A DNA stretch of 64,000 bases, taken from contig JBDOQK010000006.1 of NCBI GenBank assembly GCA_040437565.1, positions 62,001 through 126,000 on the forward strand, in the 5' to 3' direction. The position numbers and the translations under genes are program-made. Shown piece after piece: positions 52,661-64,000 of this stretch. Within the stretch, counting starts at the first letter, position 1, and each line of letters starts with the position of its first letter. The notes under the pieces were generated by a model that saw nothing but the letters and a program-made list of their open reading frames with translations, had not been told where the DNA came from and made no database searches. This DNA is from Albugo candida (taxonomy: Eukaryota).

Positions 52661-54295
52661 TTACGATTGCGTTCGATCAACAATTCCTTTCACAAGCACT
52701 GGAATCGTTTCAAATAGATTCTTGAGCACGACATCGGGAAGATTGGCGATTTCTGTCTCTGCGTCCATTGGATTTTTATCGAGGATTACGCGAGTGGACC
52801 AGAGAAGAAGACATCCAGCGCTTGATGCATCTTTATAATCTTTTACCAGTACGCTACAAAAGCGTTATCAGGTCAATATCGACATAATTTGGGTTACGTA
52901 CGTGGTGTTCTGGTTACGTCGAACGTGATTGATCGGTTTGTTTTGACTGGCATCATGCAAAATACTTCGTGAGATAAAAACACTTTTATCGGGATAGATG
53001 CGTTTGTGCTGCACACTGAGACGCTCCTCTTTAATTGCTCGATGACTAGAAGAGGAGTCGTTGATGATGAGGTTGACCACGCGACGGATATATTTCGTAT
53101 CGGCATCGAGTTGTTCCAAAACTTGAACACTTTTCGTAAACGGATATTTACCTTCAAATTCCATATTTCCAAAATTAGCCCAAATGTGATCCATTACTTT
53201 CTTTGAGTCGAAATTGATAAAACGATGTCGAAAGAAAATATCCATTTCATCTTTTGATGTTTCGTATTGTACTTCGAGTCCGAAATACGCCATTGTCGGA
53301 TTCTTTGGAGATCGAAACGATGCATTGCATTGCTGAATTTGCGCGTCAACTTCTTCGATCCCTTTTTCAACGTGTTGTAATAATGTGCTCCGAATAGGAT
53401 AAAGTTGAGATTGTGTGGAGGAAGGTGACCGTATAGCTGCTGGTAGCGATCTTGGCGATGTACTTGTGGAAGACGGCGCATTCAAAATCATGTCTAGAGA
53501 CGGGATCTACAATACAGACAACATTTCAAGTTTTACAGGATGAATGACTCAAATTGCTGTGCTTACATTCAAAAGTGGCTGCTTGGTAAAATATTCTTGA
53601 AGTCGCTGAATAAATTTCATCTGTTCTGTTAAAGTGCGACGCAAAAAATCGTTTTCTTGGTCGACTCGAGCCCGAACGTTGGCATGCTGCTCGGCTTCTT
53701 TCTTCCATGCAAGCTCAGTGTTGTATTCAGAAGGCTCGGATGACTGCAAAACCTCAATCTGTTCTTTTAAATCCTTCACTTTGGCACGCAGAGCGATCAA
53801 TTCGTTCTATCAAAGAGAAAACCTGTGAATATATATAGCCTTCGGGATATTATAGTCGAAGACACACACTTTTTGACGTTGTCGATGTTTTCGTGCAGCT
53901 TTTGCGATTTGCGCTCTTCGCTTTGCTTTGGGATCCTCAAATTCATCCAATCGATGATCGTCCATATATAACTGCCCTTTATGTCTCTTGTTAAATCGAT
54001 CTGATATCATACTGGTAGTGGGAGACGAGCTATCCGAAAAATGAGCGTGGGAAGAAAGCTGGTGTGGCACATTGCTGATAGGCGTCAATATAGAGCGATC
54101 CAGTGAGGACGATAATGACATTACTCGTGAGTTGCCGTTGTTTGAGAGTGCTGAGATTACATTCAGATTATCCGAATTCGACAAAGGTGTGAGGGAGTCC
54201 ACTGTTTGTGCTGACAGGGCAGCCGGCCGCGTGTTGCTTAAAGTAGAATTCGTTTCCGAATTCGCTTGGCGTAGTGAGTCATGAAAAGCATCCAT
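52661..54295 (-). CDS. bZIP-like transcription factor with START-like C-terminal region (oomycete type), multi-exon
   Basis: Basic region KRRAQIAKAARKHRQRQK followed by zipper LIALRAKVKDLKEQIEVL; W...EN..LR..L..Q second coil; START-like alpha/beta C-terminus. Confidence 0.7.
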
Positions 54296-54744
54296 TTTTG
54301 GTTGGCGTCGGGCGGGTTACTTGTCGTTAGTAAGGATCGCGAGGAACTGAGTGGATTCTGTGAGAGGTACAAGCTGTATAGCTGTATATACCAGATTGTT
54401 GCTCATGAACGATTACGTAAAAAAATCCGTTTCTACTCAGCGCTTTTGCCATGGATTAGCCAATCATAATATCTGTTCAGAATATGCGAGCGTGGTTAGG
54501 GTAGTGACGGGCTGGCTTCCACATTTTGTGATTACGTTGAAGAAACGTATATCAATTTGTATAGTGAAATTTTGGATTCTCGCGTTAGTTGTCTTGATCA
54601 GATACAATAAATTAATTATATATTACATCATCGATTACGTAATACGAGTTACTATCCATTCGCAAATCTGAGTCTGAATTGCATTGGTTATTAATCAACA
54701 CGTCTATATCTGTAATTTGCACAAGCCCACCACACGAATAAAAA

Positions 54745-56185
54745 ATGGGCCAAAGCCAAAGCGGTTTGCCTCGCGAAGGCGCGAGGAAGAAGAAACCGGA
54801 TGACGCGGAGAAGAAAAAGAAGAAATTTGAGCCTCGTAGCGGGGTCATGACGCATAAAAGACGCAAGAAGAAGGGACCCTCCGCAGCAGTGCGAATTCCA
54901 ACAGTGTATCCGACCGCAAAATGTAAACTTCGACTTCTCAAATTGGAGCGAATCAAAGATTTTTTGTTAATGGAGCAAGAATTTATTCAAAATCAAGAAG
55001 TTATGAAACCAAAACACGAAAAAGACGAAGAAGAACGCTCCAAAGTCGACGATCTTCGCGGGAATCCAATGGGCGTCGGTACTTTGGAAGAGATCATCGA
55101 TGACAACCATGCGATCGTTTCATCATCGGTTGGTCCGGAATACTACGTCAGCGTCATGTCTTTTGTGAATCAAGATATGCTTGAAACAGGCTGCTCTGTT
55201 TTATTGCATAATAAAGTCATGTCTGTTGTTGGAATATTGTCGGATGATACAGATCCGATGGTAAGTGTCATGAAGGTGGATAAAGCGCCCCTGGAGTCAT
55301 ATGCGGATATTGGAGGCCTTGACGCGCAAATTCAAGAGATTAAAGAAGCTGTGGAACTACCGCTGACACACCCGGAATTGTACGAAGGCATTGGTATAAA
55401 ACCACCGAAAGGTGTCATTTTGTACGGGGAACCCGGAACAGGAAAAACTCTTCTGGCTAAAGCAGTGGCCAACCAGACGTCTGCGACATTCTTACGAGTT
55501 GTTGGATCTGAATTGATTCAGAAATATCTTGGTGATGGTCCGAAATTGGTTCGCGAAATGTTCCGTGTCGCCGAAGATCTCGCGCCATCTATTGTTTTTA
55601 TTGATGAAATTGATGCTGTCGGATCCAAACGATACGATTCGAATAGCGGTGGTACACGTGAGATTCAACGGACGATGCTCGAGCTTCTTAATCAATTGGA
55701 TGGATTCGATGAGCGCGGCGATGTCAAGGTATGAAAACCTTCATTAATCAATACACTGTTGATAATGCATGAAACACGCAGGTGATTATGGCGACAAATG
55801 CGATCCAAAGTTTGGATCCGGCGCTTATTCGACCTGGTCGCATCGATCGAAAGGTTGGTTGTGTCTGTCTAATCATCTACGTTCTCTTGGTTTTATGACT
55901 GTCAAAATGTAGATTGAGTTCCCTCTGCCTGATACAAAAACAAAGCGTCGTATCTTCCAAATTCACACTGGCCGTATGAGTCTATCAGACGACGTGGATC
56001 TCGAAGAATTCATCATGTCGAAAGATGAGCTTTCTGGAGCCGATATTAAGGCTATTTGTACGGAAGCAGGACTTTTGGCGCTACGTGAACGTCGAATGCG
56101 TGTCACACACGTGGACTTCGCCAAAGCCAAGGAAAAGGCTCTCTATCGAAAGAAAGCGAATATTCCAGAAGGTCTTTACCTTTAA
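54745..56185 (+). CDS. RPT2: 26S proteasome regulatory ATPase subunit 4 (3 exons)
   Basis: MG start, [39 protein letters not shown]-terminal PEGLYL. Confidence 0.97.
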
Positions 56186-56376
56186 GCAGCGCATAATATA
56201 ATTTCACTCAGAAATTTGTGAGGTTTATGTATTGTATTACTGCATTTTTTCAACAACTCGGGTATCATTAGCAGTGCCAACGAATCAAAAAATGCACCGA
56301 CTTTCTACAAATTGTAAACTGCAATTGTACTTTTAAATAATAAGATGGAATGTTTTCGCAAAGGCTTTCGAAATCT

Positions 56377-58151
56377 TTAGCGTTTGACGTGATAAGATAC
56401 TGGACGTGAAGGTCTCCTGCTATGTTTGATCCAAACCCTCCTACCGTTGTGGTCACTACGCGCTGCATGAGACAGACTCTTGTTCGTCTCACAGACATCT
56501 TCCTCTTCGTCACTCATTTCTTGAGCGATCGCATGCCGACGGGATGTCCTTGTTTGCTGTACCACACAATTCAAGTCGTCCACAAAATCTCTACTTCGTT
56601 TTCGGTTTCTAAATTGCATATCATTTTGATCCGCAGTTGCTTCTATCTCATTAGTATCTGTAGATGTTTGTTGTGGCATAGCCTTCGCTAAGCTGCTATA
56701 CAAATCAGCTATGTCATAATAGCTTTTGTATGGGCTTCGTTCGTGTAAACGAGCCAGTAGTGCTTGCGCAGCCAATTGCTTGGAGATACGTTTGGTTGAG
56801 CCCACTCCCTTCACAGCAACAATGAGCATTTGCATACGGTTCAATGCGCACAACGGGTACCTCGCCCGCTTTTTTTCCACAGGATGCGACTGTTTTGAAG
56901 CTATTGCATCCATTCTTTTCCGTCATCAGCGTATTGTAAACCACCGAGATGCCTCGATTCCGATTCTGATATTCTTGCAGTACTTGTGCGGGCGTTCGTA
57001 TCGATAATGCGAGGCAAGCCTAGAGTCAACTGTCAATGTGTATGAAATCGAGACGAGTTATCTTACGTACAGAAAGAACACGATCGTCCGACATTGACAA
57101 CTGCTTGAAGTCTTCGAGACTCTACGAGAGCGCATGAGAACATGAACCTACGTGCTTTTTCAATGACTCAAACCATCGACTTGGAATCCATTCCATATGA
57201 CATCATTTGATCGGTATAATCGACGCTTTTCTCGCATGCATTGGTGTCCTTCTTCACCAAAAGCTTTTGGAAATCGGGAATTCTATCCAACTGTTAGCAA
57301 TGTATTGTAGGATGAGAGCATGAACGAGAGTGATGTACAATTTCTTGAGCGCAGACTCCACCGCCGCTTCTCTTGCCAGAACCTTGGATGGTCGGCTTTC
57401 CATCGAGTACCGTTTCTCGTGCACGTAAATCGCACACGTGACTGGATTTATTAGATCTATAGTACACATCAAGAATCACTTCCTGAAATCGATTCAACTG
57501 ATTGACCTCACCATCATTCTTGGAAAACTCGTAGCGAGGGGTGCATCGTAACGCCGCTACTATATAATCCTACAGAAAACGATGTAAACAAAGTATACAA
57601 GTTACAAAATGGGCAGCCAACCCGAAGCAGCGCTTTTGCTGATTTTCCTTCTGGATTCTCAATTCGAACGCCATTTACAAGAATTGTGTTGAAGACATCA
57701 ATAGTCTCATGAAGTTTTCCAATTCCCACGATGCGCTTGATGCTCTAAAGTGAGGTAAGTAACATAGTTATACGGATGGCAATGCTGCTAATGTGCTGAT
57801 AAGTACTGATTCGCTGGTAGGAAGAAGAGTGTGGTCGAAATGCGAATGTTTATGAGTCTCATAAACTTCATTTTCATTGCAAGAGCGAAATATATTTAGA
57901 GGAGGCAAATGTGAGCGAGCAAATGCGTCGAAATCGGCCTCTGAATTGCAGCTTCCAATGCGATACGGTCGAGACCAACAGACGACTTTGGTCTTTTCAT
58001 GAACAAAAAATCGAATTCCGGAATCATGAAGCATCTCCACCCATCCTTCAGGTAGCACAGAGTCATATTCGCTGCATTCTGATGTATCTGTTGATAGTTT
58101 ATGTCCCTCAGAAGCGCTCAAAGCCACCGTCGTATCATTCACGTTATTCAT
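56377..58151 (-). CDS. DGCR8: DGCR8/Pasha-like protein: WW-containing module plus two dsRNA-binding domains, multi-exon
   Basis: LPEGW..LHDSG..FVH....VV.WSRPY...HLPPL; IENPEGKS..LL; K.LA...A..AL..LIPDF; LEDF..LS..D.RV; TPAQVLQEY..RN.G; CGK....G...KRISKQLAAQ.LL..LH. Segments join through GT-AG introns. Confidence 0.8.
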
Positions 58152-59092
58152 TGTGGTTCCAGTAAACAATTATGTGAGGCACCTTATTATAGAGGAGGCG
58201 TTGATTGGGTGCGACTCTTTGTCGATCTTTCCAATCAAATATGACATAGCTAATGGTGATATTTGGACGCTTAATGACAGACAGCTTTTCTGACAAGTGT
58301 TAATGAATGCATGCTTCCGAATTGTCGCTTATAGAGAAGCGGTACGACATAGGTATTTTGTCATCCCAGTAGCTGTAAAGATGTGAAAAGCAGATGGAAA
58401 TGCAATACTAGTGAAACTGAACATGCGGGAACGGCTACCAAAGCGCGGTATACGTTGACGCGACAGTATCTAGAATTCTATTCCGACAATCCACGATATT
58501 GCATATAATAAGAATCGGTAAGTGTACTGTGCACTGATTGGAACGCAAAGGTCTTTTGATAATGGTATGAAAGCGGCATTTCAGAAAAGCCTGTTCATGT
58601 AGTATTACCACCGGCAACCTTCGAAACATGATTGAACATTAACTCAGCGAGAAAGCAGTGTTTGTCGATGATTTTACAGCGAAAACGCCACAGTGATGCT
58701 TGCACCAAATTCTCAATTTAATATTATTTGTTAAAGTCTATTGATTGTACCGGTACACTGAATTTCCCCAAGCAAACGAAATATACTCAGCATCTCAAAG
58801 CCTCTAACACTTTCTCAGTAAAGTCCCTTATGAAATAGGTCAACAATCACACCACGAGCAACACCAACGTTATAAACTCGCAAACAAATAAAACTGCCAA
58901 TCTGATTGACAGAATGAGACAAGATCGAATATACATCAATGTGTCACGTGGTTGATGTGCGAATTATCGCCAGCCACATAACTATCTGTTAAGAGGTCAT
59001 GCACAATCCCAATAATGCGGTTCCATCATCGCAATCCAAAAATACCCTGATGGCGGTTTATTAGATGGGTTGAAAAACATTCCTGAAACCAA

Positions 59093-60097
59093 ATGGCCTC
59101 GGCAGATGACGAGAAGAACGACAGCATTTCTGTCAATATTGCAAAAGTGATTCTAATGCTGCTCAATATGGCAATTGTAGTCATTGGCTCGCTAATTGTT
59201 CATTTCAGCCACCGAATCAAAGCTTCCGGGTGGCTGGACGCACTTAGCGAGGAGTATGATTGGATCACTCGCACCACATTCATGGTTCTTCTCGCGTTTG
59301 GTATCACACTGATTGTGATTGGAACTGTTGGGTGTGCAGGCGCGTGGTTACAGCGCCGCTGGATACTCACAATTTACGGCTTTCTGTTAATTCTCGCACT
59401 TGTCTTCTTCGTCCTCATTGGTGTTGTGAGTGGTGTCATCAAATTGAAATATACAACAATCAATCAAAATAAATCGGATCAAGTTTCAGATCCGGAGATT
59501 GGAAACAAATTCAATGAATTGTATTGCTACGGACAAATCCCATACTATTGTCAGGACGCAAAGATTGTCGATGCACTCGATACATTCAATCTCTCGTCAT
59601 TTGCATCGTCTGTTTCTAAAACTGCGACCAATATCTCATCTCTCTGTGATTTCGATGGCATTTCTTTAACGAATCAGATGGAACAAATGTGCACAGTCTG
59701 TCGGATGGCGCGTCAAAACCAACATTTTCGGCCAGTATTCGATTGGTTTGAGCGCGAGTGCCCACGCACGTCATCAAAGATGCAGTGGTGCTACAATTTT
59801 CTCCAAAGAGAAAATGTGGGCGATGAAATTGACAAGCGAGAGAATGCACCATTTCGACAGTGCAGAGACCGATTGTATCATTTCATATCCAGTTGGAGCA
59901 GTGGGATTCTCATTGCAAGTATCATTGTTTGCTTCTTGATACTCTCTGTTCTCGCATCTGCTTGCCTCATCCGCCGCAAAACAAGCAAAGACATTTGGGA
60001 TGAATTTTCAGGTCAGTCAAAAGGCTACCCGGAGGAAGTAAACGGTTCATACAATCAAATTCGGCCTCCTACAAATCCTAAATCAGTCTGCTTTTAG
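59093..60097 (+). CDS. Tetraspanin-like protein
   Basis: Three N-terminal TMs with GC.GA in TM2, Cys-rich large extracellular loop, fourth TM near the C-terminus. Confidence 0.75.
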   Translation: MASADDEKNDSISVNIAKVILMLLNMAIVVIGSLIVHFSHRIKASGWLDALSEEYDWITRTTFMVLLAFGITLIVIGTVGCAGAWLQRRWILTIYGFLLILALVFFVLIGVVSGVIKLKYTTINQNKSDQVSDPEIGNKFNELYCYGQIPYYCQDAKIVDALDTFNLSSFASSVSKTATNISSLCDFDGISLTNQMEQMCTVCRMARQNQHFRPVFDWFERECPRTSSKMQWCYNFLQRENVGDEIDKRENAPFRQCRDRLYHFISSWSSGILIASIIVCFLILSVLASACLIRRKTSKDIWDEFSGQSKGYPEEVNGSYNQIRPPTNPKSVCF

Positions 60098-60178
60098 CTC
60101 TCGAGTCATTGTGTTTTTGTTCCTATTACGTTCAAATGAATCGAATTTACTTTATTGTTAGAGTAAATACTTTGAAAA

Positions 60179-61720
60179 TCAAACGCGCAGTTGATTTGGT
60201 GTGGACGTGCATTTGTAATCGGGCTGTGAAGAGTTCGCGTTTTCTTCAAAAGTGAAAAATAGCGGTTCAATGTCTTCCAATAAAAGTCCTTTTGTCTCGG
60301 GACAAAACAGATAGACGAATACGAAGCAAACCAATGACAGAAATCCAAACAGATAAAACACTCCATTGACGTTCAAGTACGAGAATAATTTGGCCACAGC
60401 GATCATAGCGGAACCAGCCAGCCAATTCGACATGGTTGATAAAGTGACTGCTTTGGCGCGGACATTCGTTGGAAATATCTCTGCCGGATAGATCCAACAG
60501 ACCGGACCCCACGAAATTGCAAAATTGAATATGAATATGGATGTGAATATGATCATAACGTACCCAGCCCAGACGGAGCAATTGGAACTCGTTGTGTTCC
60601 CATTACAGCCATACGTGAATGTGATTGCGGATACTAAATGACCTACAGCCATCCCTATTGCCCCGATGAGCAATAAACGACGACGACCGACCCTATCAAC
60701 CCAGTACATTCCGGGAAATGTGCTTAGCCAAAATACGATTGACAGAATGAGCAATGATAACACACCATTTCCAGATACATCGCGAAAGATTTCACCACCA
60801 TACAAAAGAACTGGGTTGATGCCAGTAGCTTGTTGTAAGCCCTGAAGTGACATTGCAATCAGCGTTCTCCGTAAGAGGGAACTATCCAGCCACAAGGTCG
60901 ACCAAGTCACTGGTTTGCTTTCCATCTTCAGCTGATCACCAATCGCATCCAATTCCTTGTCAACATGCTCCGTTTGTCTCAGTCGCTTGAGAACCGTACG
61001 TGCCTCTCCTCTTCCCTTCACTTGATACGTCCATCTTGGACTCTCTGGAACGGTGAAAATTCCAATCATAACAATGAAAGATGGTATGAGTGCGACTGCA
61101 TTCGTGATTCGCCATCCGTATGTGGAACTAGCGACCAAATTATTGACAATGTTGGACAATAACATCCCAGTAGTATTCATGGCTTGCATCGATCCAGAGA
61201 GGATACCGCGTAGTTCTTTCGGAGCTGCTTCAGCCCCAAAAATTGGCAACGAAAACGATGAATTTCCGACACCTGCTCCCGCAAAAAATCGTCCCATCAG
61301 CACAAGTGCATGCTGTTTTGGAGGTGTCAGGCATACCCATAACGTGCCAGTGGTGAATAAACAACCCGCATTGAAGATGGTCACGCGTCTTCCATATCGT
61401 TGGGCGATATAGCCACCAATATACGCCCCAACAATGCATCCAATGTAGTACACAACATTATAAAGCGTTGTGAACGTCGTCCAGTTCTCAGGCATGTTAC
61501 GACTCGAACTCGTGCAGTCCTTATACGTATTGTGCTCGTAACCCACACAAAAATCGAACAGGAAATTATCCATTACGATAACACCGCCAGTTACTCCTTG
61601 ATCATACCCAAAAAACATTCCACCTAAAGACGCAAATATGCAGACAGCGATTGCATAAGTGCGTGTTCCTTGGGTCTCCTCCGTCACGGTAGCCGTGGGT
61701 ATGGAGACACCGACAGCCAT
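60179..61720 (-). CDS. MFS sugar porter (hexose transporter)
   Basis: GGMFFGYDQG, YGRR, PESPRW, QQATGIN, VDRVGRR, SWGPVCWIYPAEIFP, PETKG. Confidence 0.95.
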   Translation of the reverse strand: MAVGVSIPTATVTEETQGTRTYAIAVCIFASLGGMFFGYDQGVTGGVIVMDNFLFDFCVGYEHNTYKDCTSSSRNMPENWTTFTTLYNVVYYIGCIVGAYIGGYIAQRYGRRVTIFNAGCLFTTGTLWVCLTPPKQHALVLMGRFFAGAGVGNSSFSLPIFGAEAAPKELRGILSGSMQAMNTTGMLLSNIVNNLVASSTYGWRITNAVALIPSFIVMIGIFTVPESPRWTYQVKGRGEARTVLKRLRQTEHVDKELDAIGDQLKMESKPVTWSTLWLDSSLLRRTLIAMSLQGLQQATGINPVLLYGGEIFRDVSGNGVLSLLILSIVFWLSTFPGMYWVDRVGRRRLLLIGAIGMAVGHLVSAITFTYGCNGNTTSSNCSVWAGYVMIIFTSIFIFNFAISWGPVCWIYPAEIFPTNVRAKAVTLSTMSNWLAGSAMIAVAKLFSYLNVNGVFYLFGFLSLVCFVFVYLFCPETKGLLLEDIEPLFFTFEENANSSQPDYKCTSTPNQLRV

Positions 61721-63789
61721 CTACACGAATTATGATAATTTGAAAGTGGTATGTGGTATCAAAATGAGGATTGCGGAATACTTGTGCATTGAAAGTCAGA
61801 AAATATAGAACAGCGTCCCCTTCAAACACAATGCTTGCGTAGCATGGAAGAGTGGCTGCTTTGGAATGTTCATTGATTCTCCTACGTAACTTTCAGAGTC
61901 AAATGTTGAGTTGCCACAATTCCTCACGGAGCTATTTCGTCTCACAGGAATTTGTGGTAATCAGACAAAGACATTTTTTGCTCCGATGTCTCATACTGCC
62001 AAAAGAGAACTTTGATTGCGGCTTTAGAATACAGGAGTACAACTATTGCAGGGAACTTGACGTCTTTGATTTATTACACTGAGCAGCGCGTCTCAGATAC
62101 ATGTGATGATTGGCTGACGTGAAATCAAACATATGGAATGGTTCGTACTGATAGTTTTTAGCGTCATGCGGAATGAATTAGCTCATACACTCACGAGGCA
62201 GTTTCTTATAATAAGGTGCTATGTATGGTCTATCGGCATCTGCATAGCATGAAAAGAACGCTAGGCTAATGAGATCATTGATGATTGATTAGCAATACAG
62301 CGTGCTGGACAAGGATGAATGCATGAGGAATTCTTCGTGCGTTCTTGATAGCAAGGCATTCAGACTTCAAGCGATCAACGCCGCACGCATTGCGGAATAC
62401 TCGATCATAAATTAGAATCATGATACTGTCATTAAACGTCTCTAATTAATCCCGGCAGTACAAGCTCTAGATTAGCATCGATGTTTCAAGATGCAGGCCA
62501 AACACTTGCACCTTAATTCCAGTTGAATCCATGTTTAGCTTGAGAAAAATGACCATGTGTAAAGGCCGAGTTGTTCCCGCATGTTTGAAGATGAAGATCT
62601 TGATATCAATGGGCCTCTGTCTACGTCTGGCTTTGCAATCCTTTGTGACACGTCTGCTTGCCCTGGTCCTTCATATGACTTCTGATGCAGGAAAGTGAAG
62701 GTTTTGTTTGGTCAAGTCGAGACAAGAACTCAATAGTAGCAATAAGCGGATTGAACATCTTTTAAGCTCAAGCTGTTTTTTCTGGCTCAAGCCGATGTGC
62801 ACTGGAAGGAGCCGGTCCAACCATTTCTGCGTCACTATGCCCATTGTTCTGTAGAAGGCTCTCAACACGACACAGTTGCTCACGCATGATAGCAATTACA
62901 TCTACTCTCGATCATGTGCAGCCTTCAGACGATGTACACTACCTCTTCCATGTTTCATTACACTTGCAGCTTTAATTGTATATTTGCGCGTAGTATTATC
63001 GAGACATAGTCGTGTGTACAAGCACACCACTTCCACCAAAGGACTAGGAATGGGTGAAAAGGCATATTTTGCTGGCAATATAGCTGAGGTAGTGAGACGT
63101 CTCTAGCGAAAAATTAAATACTGGTTTGAAATCCTTTACTATGCCAGTCGACTTCAACCTCTTGCGTGATTGAGATTTCTTGCTTCGTTATGGTAATGTT
63201 TCTGTTTTGGAACTTCCGACTTATGTTCTCGGCTGATATCATTGGTATGTTTGTATTGCTGGTTCCTACTTGACGTCAAATGCATGAAGTGTTACGTTTA
63301 GTCCTATCATTGTGCTACAATACTAACAGAAAACGGATGGAGGAGGGGGGGGGTACGATCTAAGGCTGCGTGCATCCGAAAATCTTGTACATCTCTCCGC
63401 CTTATCTCGTCGGTCTCTTGTAACGCAAAGTAGCCTTTGTGGTTAAAAAGGCTGTAGGATGGGTTCAGGGTTCAGGGTTGAAAAACGGGATGGACAATGC
63501 GACATGTGTAGGTTTTATGTCACGCTCGGGTACAGATGCAGAAGATGGCCATTCGGAGTAAAGTGTGATCGAATTACTCTTTCCAGCACCTAAAGTTTTA
63601 TTCGCTTACTCGTTTTCTTGTTGTAAACACTATCTGGAATTCTTTGGAGGGTAAACTACTGGCGCGATCAATATTTGAAGAAAGGGAAGGCAACATGTGT
63701 AGGTTATTTTTCGAACCTGTCTCTATACCATCTAAACATCTATGTAGCTTCTCCAACAATTCGCAAGTATCTATGGTGAACTAAGTTAT

Positions 63790-63806
63790 GCTCATTTTTC
63801 AATTCT
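63790..63806 (+). promoter_or_regulatory. Oomycete Inr+FPR core promoter
   Basis: GCTCATTTTTCAATTCT fits the consensus; ATG 20 nt downstream. Confidence 0.7.
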
Positions 63807-63826
63807 CCTCATTGCAGCTTGGTTTA

Positions 63827-63998
63827 ATGCGATTCTGCTTGATCCTCGATGTTGGCTTTTCATTTCTCAACCTACAAATCTTTTTTAGAAGATGCTACGT
63901 CCAATAACGGTGCAGTTAAGCGCATAGGCTTAACGCCATCACACAATAAAAAAGCGAGGCAGCACCGGCCAGAGAATCCGGTGCCCTCATACCCGTAA
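63827..63998 (+). pseudogene. Frameshifted paralog of the small secreted protein at 15444-15671
   Basis: MRFCLILDVGFSFLNLQIF vs MQFYLILAIGFSIVNVQVC. After a frameshift at the T6 run (63881-63886): EDATSNNGAVKRIGLTPSHNKKARQHRPENPVPSYP vs KDVGPKKHTSVHIRLPPSDTRPAKQARPKKPEPPPP. Confidence 0.7.
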
Positions 63999-64000
63999 GC

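Noticed and set aside
62400-63110. Short ORFs in the right-hand sparse region
   Set aside because: Non-ATG starts, no motifs, lengths expected by chance.
63461-63480. GGGTTCAGGGTTCAGGGTT telomere-like repeat
   Set aside because: Only ~2.5 variant units; too short to call an interstitial telomere.

Overview
Eukaryotic, intron-containing genomic DNA from an oomycete. The very compact gene packing, ~45-70 nt GT-AG introns, Inr/FPR core-promoter motifs and a GPCR-INPP fusion suggest an Albugo-like white rust (inference only). A dense housekeeping block (~25.9-61.7 kb) holds cytochrome b5 reductase, Gemin7, makorin, a ZFC3H1-like protein, a SUKH protein, a PH protein, GPCR-INPP, NAR1, COX10, MetAP1, a RING-H2 ligase, biotin ligase, katanin p60, a bZIP-like factor, RPT2, a tetraspanin-like protein and a hexose transporter; PTB, ARF1 and two tRNA-Gly lie further left. 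Gene-sparse stretches (~1-4.4 kb, 13-21.9 kb, 61.8-64 kb) carry orphan secreted-protein genes and decayed copies. The most striking item is a spliced gene at ~56.4-58.2 kb (-) collinear with animal DGCR8/Pasha (WW module plus two dsRBDs). Also notable: a catalytically dead, apparently domesticated BED-hAT gene with a decayed duplicate upstream; a 7TM receptor with a large ectodomain fused to an INPP4-type phosphatase; and a pair of small secreted Pro/basic-rich paralogs. There are seven 100-N gaps: four are flanked by apparently identical duplicated sequence (assembly artefacts) and one by a divergent, probably allelic, copy. Gene models were spliced by eye and family calls rest on remembered motifs, not database searches.
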